Of a stretch of DNA of 64,000 nt, positions 19,429 through 27,362 are shown in pieces (within the stretch, counting starts at the first letter, position 1; each line of letters opens with the position of its first letter). Position numbers and translations under genes: made by a program. The notes under the pieces are model-generated. The model worked only from the letters and a program-made list of their open reading frames with translations, had not been told where the DNA came from and made no database searches. The DNA lies in the NCBI GenBank assembly GCA_047602425.1, contig JASGHG010000001.1, positions 2,528,001 to 2,592,000 of the forward strand. Reading direction: 5' to 3'. Source of the DNA: Nibricoccus sp. GTDB lineage: Bacteria > Verrucomicrobiota > Verrucomicrobiia > Opitutales > Opitutaceae.

Positions 19429-21341
19429 GGCGAGGAAGTGGGGAGGGCGGCGCGATAATTTTGAAGTTGTGCGCGCAAGGCCGCGGTTTGCGCGGAATCG
19501 CCGGCGGAGGAGGCGAGCGCCAGGGCGTGTTCCACCGAGGCAATCGCCTCCTGCTCGCGGCCTTGCTGGTGATAAGCGAGAGCGAGGTTCGCGTGGGCGT
19601 GGATCAAGGCGGGTTGGAGGTGGATGACGGTTGTGAAACGTTCGATGGCGGCGTCGATCTGGCCATCCTGGAGAAGCGTCCAGCCGAGGTTGTTGAGGAA
19701 TTCGATATTTTGCGGCCGGAGCGTGGCGGCAATGGTCAGATGCAAGAGCGCGTCGGAGAGTTGTTGTTTTTGAAACAAAATCAGGCCGAGGTGATAGTGG
19801 GCTTCGGCGAAATCGGAATTGAGCTCAAGCGCGCGCTGGGCGGACGCAGTGGCTTCGTCAAGTCGACCGAGTCGCAGCAAGCCGTGGGCAAGATCGGCGT
19901 GAGCCTTGGGCTCGTTGGGCTCGATTTCGATGGCGCGTCGGAAATGAGCCAGGGCCTCTTCGCTTTGGCCCTTTTGCAGCAACGCGTGGGCGAGGTTGCC
20001 ATGGGCGTTGCCGTGATTGGGAAGGATTTCGAGTGCGGTGCGAAAATGAACGATGGCCTGGTCGATGTTGCCTTGTTGGAGAAAAATCGCGCCGAGATTG
20101 TTGTGACCCATGAAGGAGCGCGGATTTTTTTCGATGGTAGTCTGCCAGAGAGATCGAAGGTCCTTGTACATGTGGCTCTGGCGAAAGGTTGCGGCGGCGC
20201 AGGCCAGGAGGATGACAGCGGAAAGCCCGAGGCGCAGAGCGGGGAGACGAAGGGAATGAAGGCCGGCGGCGAGCAAAGCGGCGGGGCCGAGCAGGGCGAC
20301 GTAGACGTAGTGATCGGCGACGAACGTGTACTTGAAAGTGTACAGCATGATGAAACCCAGGAGCGGGCTGAGCATGGCGGCAAACCAGACCAATGCCGTG
20401 CCAGGCCCGCGGCCGAACTGTTTACGCAGAAGGAAAAGCACTGCGGTGAGCGCGAGCAGAAGAATTAGCCAGACGTAGGCGAGCAGGGAAGCGGCGTCGA
20501 TTTTCCAGAGCGGATAGGAAAAGGTGAGGTCGACGGGCCAAAGGAATTTGCCGAGGTAAAAACAAAGCGAGCGGCTGGCGATGAGCAGGCGGTCGAGCGC
20601 GTTGTAGGAAAAGGCGACGGCGCCGGTGCCCTGGTGATGACGCTCCCACCAAACCGTGAGCAGTCCCATGGCCAGGCTGAGCAAAACGAACGGCGCAAGC
20701 TGCAGCCACCGGCGAAGGTCGATGGGTTTATGCTTGAGCCAGAGAATCAAAACGAGGGCGGCGGGCAAAGTGCAGGCGGTGGTTTTGCTCAGCAGCGCAA
20801 GCGCGTGAAAAAGCAAAGCGAGCGCGTACCAGCGCCAGGGCTTCGGTCGCTCGGCCCACTCAAGCCACGCGAGCAAGGCGAGCAGGAAAAAGAAAAGCGA
20901 CTGGACGTTTTTAAGCTCGGTGATCCAGGCGACGGACTCGACCTGCAGCGGATGCAGGGCGAAAACTGCCGCGCCGAACCAGGCGCCAGGAAGAGAAAGC
21001 CGTGCAAGCAGGCGCCAGACCAGCAAGGCGTTGACGGCGTGAAGCAGGATGTTGACCCAGTGGTAGCCGGCGGGATTGAGCGCCCAAAGCGAATATTGCA
21101 AACGGAAGCTGGAGTAGGTGAGCGGAAAATACTGCGAAGGCGAATCGGTGGAAAACCAGATGCGCCAAAGACCGTCCGGTGCGCTGAGCAGAGGATTATT
21201 GGTGACGTAATCGTCGTCGTCCCAGATGAAACCCGCGGTCCACGCCGGCTGATACGCCAGCACGACCATCGCAACCAAAACCAAACCCAAGAGCCACGGT
21301 AGAAGGCGTCGCATGGAAATATTTTTCGTGAACGGGGTCAT
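19425..21341 (-). CDS. TMTC-like GT-C glycosyltransferase with TPRs
   Basis: WDDDDYV, SQYFPLT, HPLQVESVAWITELK, ADHY; TPRs; 4-nt overlaps with both neighbours. Confidence 0.8.
   Translation of the reverse strand: MTPFTKNISMRRLLPWLLGLVLVAMVVLAYQPAWTAGFIWDDDDYVTNNPLLSAPDGLWRIWFSTDSPSQYFPLTYSSFRLQYSLWALNPAGYHWVNILLHAVNALLVWRLLARLSLPGAWFGAAVFALHPLQVESVAWITELKNVQSLFFFLLALLAWLEWAERPKPWRWYALALLFHALALLSKTTACTLPAALVLILWLKHKPIDLRRWLQLAPFVLLSLAMGLLTVWWERHHQGTGAVAFSYNALDRLLIASRSLCFYLGKFLWPVDLTFSYPLWKIDAASLLAYVWLILLLALTAVLFLLRKQFGRGPGTALVWFAAMLSPLLGFIMLYTFKYTFVADHYVYVALLGPAALLAAGLHSLRLPALRLGLSAVILLACAAATFRQSHMYKDLRSLWQTTIEKNPRSFMGHNNLGAIFLQQGNIDQAIVHFRTALEILPNHGNAHGNLAHALLQKGQSEEALAHFRRAIEIEPNEPKAHADLAHGLLRLGRLDEATASAQRALELNSDFAEAHYHLGLILFQKQQLSDALLHLTIAATLRPQNIEFLNNLGWTLLQDGQIDAAIERFTTVIHLQPALIHAHANLALAYHQQGREQEAIASVEHALALASSAGDSAQTAALRAQLQNYRAALPTSSP
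20121..21298. repeat. ~1.18 kb near-identical direct repeat, copy 1 (GT-C domain)
   Basis: Matches 22031-23208 at a constant offset of 1910 nt. Confidence 0.9.
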
Positions 21342-23314
21342 GACCTGTGCTCGCGGCAGGCGGCGAGCTGAGCTTGAAGCGTTTCCTTGAGCGAAAGGTC
21401 GGGCTGTTTTTCCAGAAGCTTGAGCGCGCGTTCCAGCACCGTGGCGGCCTCGTCGGGGCGGCCTGTTTGGAGAAGGGCATAGGCTAGGTTGCTGTGGCTC
21501 TGGATATTTGTTGGGGCAAGTTCTAGTGCGTGCTGAAAATGAACGACAGCCTCGCCGAGGCGCTGTTGGCGCAGGCAGGCGCTGGCGAGATTGGTGTGGA
21601 TGTCGGGATCGGTGGGATTGCTCGCGAGCGACGCTTGATATTCACGAATCGCCTCGTCGAAAGCGCCTTTGTCGAAATAGGCATTGCCGAGATTGTAGTG
21701 GGCATTGGCGTGCGCTGGGGCGAGGGCGATGGCCTTTTGAAAACAATGCATGGCGGCATCTAGGTCGCCCTTGCGACGCAAGGCGCTGCCGAGATTGTTG
21801 TGGGCGTCGGCGAGGTCTGGCTGCGTCTCGACCGCTTTTTGTAGTTGAAAAATGGATTCATCAACGCGACCGAGTTGAAGGAGCGCATTGCCCTGATTGA
21901 TGTGGCTGAGCGCGCGGTCGGACTGGGGCGGGTCGAGAGCAAGGGCTTCTTGCGCGTGCCGGAGAGCCTCGTCCGCGTGTCCCTTGGCGAGAAGAGCCGC
22001 ACTGAGATTGTTGTGCGCGATGTGCGACGCCGGATTTTTTTCGATGGTGGTCTGCCAGAGGGATTGAAGGTTTTTGTACATGTGGCTCTGGCGAAAGGTT
22101 GCGCCGGCGCAGGCCAGGAGGATGACAGCGGAAAGCCCGAGGCGCAGAGCCGGGAGACGAAGGGAATGAAGGCCGGCGGCGAGCAGGGCGGCGGGGCCGA
22201 GCAGGGCGACATAAACGTAGTGATCGGCGACAAACGTGTACTTGAAAGTGTACAGCATGATGAAGCCGAGCAGGGGGCTGAGCATGGAGGCAAACCAGAC
22301 CAGCGCCGTGCCAGGCCCGCGGCCGAACTGTTTACGCAGAAGGAAAAGCACTGCGGTGAGCGCGAGCAGAAGAATCAGCCAGGCATAGGCGAGCAGAGAA
22401 GCCGCGTCGATTTTCCAGAGCGGATAGGAAAAGGTGAGGTCGACGGGCCAAAGGAATTTGCCGAGGTAAAAACAAAGCGAGCGGCTGGCGATGAGCAGAC
22501 GGTCGAGCGCGTTGTAGGAAAAAGCGACCGCGCCGGTGCCCTGGTGATGACGCTCCCACCAAACCGTGAGCAGTCCCATGGCCAGGCTGAGCAAAACGAA
22601 CGGCGCAATCTGCAGCCACCGGCGAAGGTCAATGGGTTTATGTTTGAGCCAAAGAATCAAAACGAGGGCGGCGGGCAAAGTGCAGGCGGTGGTTTTGCTC
22701 AGCAGCGCAAGCGCGTGAAAAAGCAAAGCGAGCGCATACCAGCGCCAGGGCTTCGGTCGCTCGGCCCACTCAAGCCACGCGAGCAAGGCGAGCAGGAAAA
22801 AGAAAAGCGACTGCACGTTTTTAAGCTCGGTGATCCAGGCGACCGACTCGACTTGAAGAGGATGCAAGGCGAAAACCGCCGCGCCGAACCAGGCGCCAGG
22901 AAGAGAAAGCCGTGCAAGCAGGCGCCAGACCAGCAGGGCGTTGACGGCGTGAAGCAGGATGTTGACCCAGTGGTAGCCGGCGGGATTGAGCTGCCAAAGC
23001 GAATATTGCAAACGGAAGCTGGAGTAAGTGAGCGGAAAATACTGCGAAGGCGAATCGGTGGAAAACCAGATGCGCCAAAGACCGTCCGGCGCGCTGAGCA
23101 GAGGATTGTTGGTGACGTAATCGTCGTCGTCCCAGATGAAACCCGCTGTCCACGCCGGTTGATACGCCAGCACGACCATCGCAGCCAAAACCAAACCCAA
23201 GAGCCACGACTGGATCGAAGGGCTTAATGAACCGAGGGGCTGGAAAGCGGTAGGCTTTGGGGTGGTTTCAGGCATTGGCAGGGTTTTTGCCACAGGGAGC
23301 ACGGAGCTCTTCAT
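21338..23314 (-). CDS. TMTC-like GT-C glycosyltransferase with TPRs
   Basis: Membrane domain almost identical to that of 19425..21341; TPR half clearly different. Confidence 0.8.
   Translation of the reverse strand: MKSSVLPVAKTLPMPETTPKPTAFQPLGSLSPSIQSWLLGLVLAAMVVLAYQPAWTAGFIWDDDDYVTNNPLLSAPDGLWRIWFSTDSPSQYFPLTYSSFRLQYSLWQLNPAGYHWVNILLHAVNALLVWRLLARLSLPGAWFGAAVFALHPLQVESVAWITELKNVQSLFFFLLALLAWLEWAERPKPWRWYALALLFHALALLSKTTACTLPAALVLILWLKHKPIDLRRWLQIAPFVLLSLAMGLLTVWWERHHQGTGAVAFSYNALDRLLIASRSLCFYLGKFLWPVDLTFSYPLWKIDAASLLAYAWLILLLALTAVLFLLRKQFGRGPGTALVWFASMLSPLLGFIMLYTFKYTFVADHYVYVALLGPAALLAAGLHSLRLPALRLGLSAVILLACAGATFRQSHMYKNLQSLWQTTIEKNPASHIAHNNLSAALLAKGHADEALRHAQEALALDPPQSDRALSHINQGNALLQLGRVDESIFQLQKAVETQPDLADAHNNLGSALRRKGDLDAAMHCFQKAIALAPAHANAHYNLGNAYFDKGAFDEAIREYQASLASNPTDPDIHTNLASACLRQQRLGEAVVHFQHALELAPTNIQSHSNLAYALLQTGRPDEAATVLERALKLLEKQPDLSLKETLQAQLAACREHRS
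22031..23208. repeat. ~1.18 kb near-identical direct repeat, copy 2 (GT-C domain)
   Basis: Matches 20121-21298. Confidence 0.9.
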
Positions 23315-23428
23315 GGGCTCAGGGCCTTGAGCGAAGTCGAAACGGCTTGGACGCAGAGGTCACGGTGATCGGAGGGAAGCGGACGGTGGTAAACGTTTGT
23401 AGGGGAGGACTGGTTTTGGGCGAATTTT

Positions 23429-25726
23429 TTAAGGGTTCGAACCGACGATCGACTTGAGCCAGGCAGACGCGGCGTAGGGGTCGGTTTTTTGCCAGATGGC
23501 CGCCACGGACTCGGCGGCCTTTTTTCGTTCCGCCGGCGTGGCAATGGCGGTCACCCATTTCGCGGCAGACTCGGGTTGTTTCTGTGCGATTTGTTCGGCA
23601 TAGGCTCCATACGCGATGTCGCGCGCTCCGTCGGGTGGCAGAGTATTGAGCCATTGGCCGGCCTTGCTGGCGTCGGTGCGGCCCCACTGCTCGGCGATGT
23701 TGCGCAGGGCGAAGTCACGCACGGCGCCCGGTGCGAACTGACTGGCCCAGGAGGCTGTCGCCGAGGGATCGGAAATCGCCCAGTGCACGACTACGTCGTT
23801 GATCGCATTGTTTTTCACATCGGATGGCGGCAACGTGGCGACGAGTGCGGCGGCCTCGGGCGGGGCGGTTTGCGAAAAATAGGAAACGAGGCTGCTGATA
23901 AACTCGGTGCGGGTCTGACCCGGTGGCAGTTGCTGGGCGCGCTGCAGGGCGGTGTTCGGGTCCTGGCGAACCCATTCGAGGGCGACTGTATTCAAAATTC
24001 CATACTGGTCGGCGCCGGGTTGGATCTTAAGTGCGAGGGCGAAACCCGCGGCGGGGTCCATGCCCGCGAGATGCCCGCTCACGGCGGTGAGGGCATTGTG
24101 ACGCGCAAGTCCCTCGGGCTGTTCCAGCGCCCAATTCGTGGCAGTGAGGGCGTCGGTTTTCACCCATTCAGCCAGCGTTTTCTCCAAGACACGGGTTCGG
24201 CCTTCGTTTTCCGGCAGCGATGACGCCCAGGCGACGGCGGCCTGGGGATTTGTCGCGACGAGGCTGGTGGCGATTTGCGAGAGGGCGATATTTTTGCTCA
24301 TGCCGTCGGGCAGGGAGCGGGCCCAAGTGATGGCTTGTTGCGGATCGGCCTTGGCGAGTCCGTCGGCGATGTAGTTGACGGCTTTGCCCTGCTCCTCACT
24401 GGGAGGCATCAGCACGGCGAAACGAGAAGCCGTCTTCGCGTCGCTGGCGGCGAGGTTCATGGTCACAGTTTGCAGGATGGTGTCGCGTTCGCTGCCGGCA
24501 GGAGTTTTGCGAATGAAATTGAGGGCGGCGTCCGGGTCCTGTTGTGCGAGTTGGCTGAGGACGGATTTGAGCGCGGTGGTGCGAATGCTGTTGGGCGGCA
24601 GGCTGGCGGCGCTGGCGAGAGCGGCGTTGGGATCGTCGCTGGCCCAGCGGCTCATGATGCTGTCGATCACATCGCCCTGGGTGGCGCTGGCGGGAAGGTT
24701 GCGCGCGTAGGCAAACGCGGACGCGGGATCGAGGTTGGCCCAATTGGCGATGAGATCGCGGGTGAAAATATTGCGGTTGCCGCCGGCGGGGAGGTTTTCG
24801 GCGAAGCGCACGGCGCCCTGGGGGTCGGAAGCGGGCCAATGGGAAGCGATCATGGTGATCGCGGCGCCGCGCTCTGAACCAGGAGGTAGAGACAAAGCAT
24901 AACCGGCGGCGGCGGTGGGATCGGCTGACGCCCAGTCGGAAAGGATGCGATTAAACGCGGTGGTGCGCATGCCGCCTTCCGGCAGGCCGCCGGCCCAGGC
25001 GAGCGCACTGCGGGGATCGCGCGCGCCCCACGCGGCGGCGATGGCGTCGTGAACGGAAGTGCGATCGGACGGGTTGAGCTTGAGCGTGGCTGCAAACGCG
25101 GCGGCGGCCTTGGGATCCTTGGAGGCCCAGGTTTTGAAAATGGCCGCGTAGCCGGAAGAGCGCATGGTGACCGGAAGCTCTTCGAGAAGGGCAAGGGCGG
25201 CGTGTGGATCTTTGGCGGCGAGGTGGGGCAGCGCGAGATTGAGGGCCTCGTATTTCAGCGGGCCGGTCGGAAGCTGCCGAATCCAGGCGATGGCGGCGTC
25301 CTGTTTGGCGGTGAGCCAGGTTTGGAGAATGGCGACCATGCTCGTTTCGCGCATCACGGGGTCGGTGAACGCCGAGGCAAACGCGATCGCCGCGGGAGCA
25401 TCTCCTTCCCCCCAGCACGCAAGGAGCGTGCGGCGCAATTCGTTTTGGGCGGGCGCGGTCAGCCGGGAGCGGACGCGGGCGACAAGGCGGGAAAGCTCGG
25501 TCGGGGTGAACGAGCGCAGAAGACGCTCCCACTCGCGACTGGCGCGCCAGATCCCCTGCCGGCAGGCGGCATCGATCTCCGCGGCGGCCTGGGCAACGGG
25601 ATCGGCGACGGCGGTTTGGGTGTGATCAGTGGTTTTGGTTGTGTCCGGACGCCAGAAGCGACCGAACCAGAATCCTGCGGCAAGACCGAGGGCGAGCAGG
25701 CATGCGGGTAGAACAGCCTTTTTCAT
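23429..25726 (-). CDS. Exported/anchored alpha-solenoid repeat protein, paralogue of 17077..19428
   Basis: Shared AAGFWFGR anchor, CxxGIWR and ELRRTLL motifs, and ~20 DPxAA...LP repeats. Confidence 0.75.
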   Translation of the reverse strand: MKKAVLPACLLALGLAAGFWFGRFWRPDTTKTTDHTQTAVADPVAQAAAEIDAACRQGIWRASREWERLLRSFTPTELSRLVARVRSRLTAPAQNELRRTLLACWGEGDAPAAIAFASAFTDPVMRETSMVAILQTWLTAKQDAAIAWIRQLPTGPLKYEALNLALPHLAAKDPHAALALLEELPVTMRSSGYAAIFKTWASKDPKAAAAFAATLKLNPSDRTSVHDAIAAAWGARDPRSALAWAGGLPEGGMRTTAFNRILSDWASADPTAAAGYALSLPPGSERGAAITMIASHWPASDPQGAVRFAENLPAGGNRNIFTRDLIANWANLDPASAFAYARNLPASATQGDVIDSIMSRWASDDPNAALASAASLPPNSIRTTALKSVLSQLAQQDPDAALNFIRKTPAGSERDTILQTVTMNLAASDAKTASRFAVLMPPSEEQGKAVNYIADGLAKADPQQAITWARSLPDGMSKNIALSQIATSLVATNPQAAVAWASSLPENEGRTRVLEKTLAEWVKTDALTATNWALEQPEGLARHNALTAVSGHLAGMDPAAGFALALKIQPGADQYGILNTVALEWVRQDPNTALQRAQQLPPGQTRTEFISSLVSYFSQTAPPEAAALVATLPPSDVKNNAINDVVVHWAISDPSATASWASQFAPGAVRDFALRNIAEQWGRTDASKAGQWLNTLPPDGARDIAYGAYAEQIAQKQPESAAKWVTAIATPAERKKAAESVAAIWQKTDPYAASAWLKSIVGSNP

Positions 25727-25744
25727 GGGGCGGTATCTATAGAT

Positions 25745-25777
25745 AAAAAAGCCGCAGCGCCAAGCAGGTGCCGCGGC
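25745..25777 (-). terminator. Rho-independent terminator after the secreted beta-helix gene
   Basis: Minus strand GCCGCGGCACC-loop-GGCGCTGCGGC followed by TTTTTT. Confidence 0.7.
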
Positions 25778-25810
25778 CTTGGAGGTTAAAAGATGAAGGT
25801 CAGCGGAAGC

Positions 25811-26743
25811 TTATTTGCAGGTCACGTTGATCGAGTTGCCGCCGCCGTCGGAGCTGATGGCGGAGCAAGGATGGCAGTTCGTGACGGTGCCGGAATTGAC
25901 CTTGGAGTTGGAGGCGGTCTGGAGCCAGACGCCATGGCTGCTGCAGTTGGTGGCGTTCACCGTGCTGATGGTGGTGCCGCCGCTGCCGGAAACCGAGAAG
26001 AAGCCGCGGCCGCAGCTGGTCGAATTGACCGTGCCGAGGGTGGTGCTCTTGTTGGTGTTGGCGACGCGGAAGCCGGCGTAGCCGCCGCCGTAATTGCAAC
26101 GAGTGCCGTTGACGGCGGTGCCGTTGGCGCTGCTCGAGTAGTTCAGGAGCATGCCGCAAGCGCCGCGATCGGTGGCGTTGACGGTGTTCCACGAAACGCC
26201 GGAGATGCCGTAGGTTTCGACGCCATTGTCGCCGCCGGCGGTGAGCTTGACCTGGCCGAAGGTGAAGTTGGAGCCGCCGCCGCCTTTGCAATTATCGATG
26301 CGGTAGGCGATGCCGGAGGTGCCGTGCGTCGAACTGAACGACGTGCCTTGGCAGGTGCTGAAGTACATGCCGAAGTAAGCCGAACCAGCCATGTTGATAT
26401 TGTCGCAACCGGTGCTGGAGATGTTGGCGCCGCGAACGATGCCGCCGGTGCCGGAGCCCGTGAGGGTGACGCCGTTGCCGTTAACGCGGATGTTGCTCTT
26501 GACGTTGATCTGGCCGGTGCTGCCGGAGTTGCGGATATTGACGGTGCCGGAACTCATGGCGGCGACGCAGGCGTTGGCCGCGGCGGCGAGACTGGAACCG
26601 GTGTATTTGGTGACGCCATCGACTTTGCCCGTCCACGTGCTGCCGGAAAGGGTGACTTCACCGGTGGCTGCGAACGCGCTGGGACTAACAACAAGGCCGA
26701 CAAGGGCCGCGATAGACATGATCTTCGAGAACGAAGTTTTCAT
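25811..26743 (-). CDS. Secreted Gly/Ser/Thr/Asn-rich right-handed parallel beta-helix protein
   Basis: Signal peptide ending AFA; repeated TVN-x-T-x-C/G coils; GVETYG and GYAGFRVAN motifs; 11 Cys; strongly biased codons. Confidence 0.7.
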   Translation of the reverse strand: MKTSFSKIMSIAALVGLVVSPSAFAATGEVTLSGSTWTGKVDGVTKYTGSSLAAAANACVAAMSSGTVNIRNSGSTGQINVKSNIRVNGNGVTLTGSGTGGIVRGANISSTGCDNINMAGSAYFGMYFSTCQGTSFSSTHGTSGIAYRIDNCKGGGGSNFTFGQVKLTAGGDNGVETYGISGVSWNTVNATDRGACGMLLNYSSSANGTAVNGTRCNYGGGYAGFRVANTNKSTTLGTVNSTSCGRGFFSVSGSGGTTISTVNATNCSSHGVWLQTASNSKVNSGTVTNCHPCSAISSDGGGNSINVTCK

Positions 26744-26766
26744 TGGGTTTTTTGTTGGGGTTTAAT

Positions 26767-26853
26767 GTCAGTCACGCCAATATCCAAGGGCATCACACGC
26801 ATTGGGATACGTGCGTTGCTTGGACACAGACGTGCAGGGGTACGACAACTGAC
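26767..26853 (-). promoter_or_regulatory. Long structured 5' leader (candidate cis-regulatory RNA)
   Basis: Nested pairings GUCAGU/ACUGAC, CACGUC/GGCGUG, UGUCCAAG/CUUGGAUA, ACGCA/UGCGU. Confidence 0.45.
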
Positions 26854-27362
26854 AGTGGGTGTTGGGGTATTAGCGCTAGTTGCGCTAATGATTGGGACTG
26901 CTAATAGCGAGAGGTTGGAAAGCGAAACGTTTTTTCTCGGACAGTAAGAGGGTGAAAACGCTCTTAACAGGGTCCAAAAGGACGCATCGCAGGGGTGGTC
27001 GGGTAGGGGTGAGTGTGCGTTTAAGTAATTTTTGGAAACCGCCAAAAGCAAATTGATTTCAAATTTAAGGCCCTCCCTATTTATGGGGAGAAAAGAAGGT
27101 CTGAGGCCTTCCGCCTCGTGCGCGCTCAGCGCCCTTCGCCCAAGCTTTTTACGTCGCAATTCCCTAACCGGCAAAGTCATCCAGCTGGCGGGAGAGCGAG
27201 AATGTTGGGCTGCGGCTGGATCAGGGAAGTCGTTCCGAAAAAGCCGATAACCGTTACCGAAGTGAGTGAGGGGGTGCCACGCAACCGTCCTCAGGTACAA
27301 GATGCCGATTTTAATTAGTTCGGAATCGGGGTTGAAACTTTTGCGCCGTCAATTCATGAAAC

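Noticed and set aside
25793..26947. 384-aa plus-strand ORF, and similar long antisense ORFs at 6332, 21845, 39950 and 59174
   Set aside because: These are shadow ORFs opposite well-supported genes, caused by high GC and codon bias; they show no recognisable motifs.
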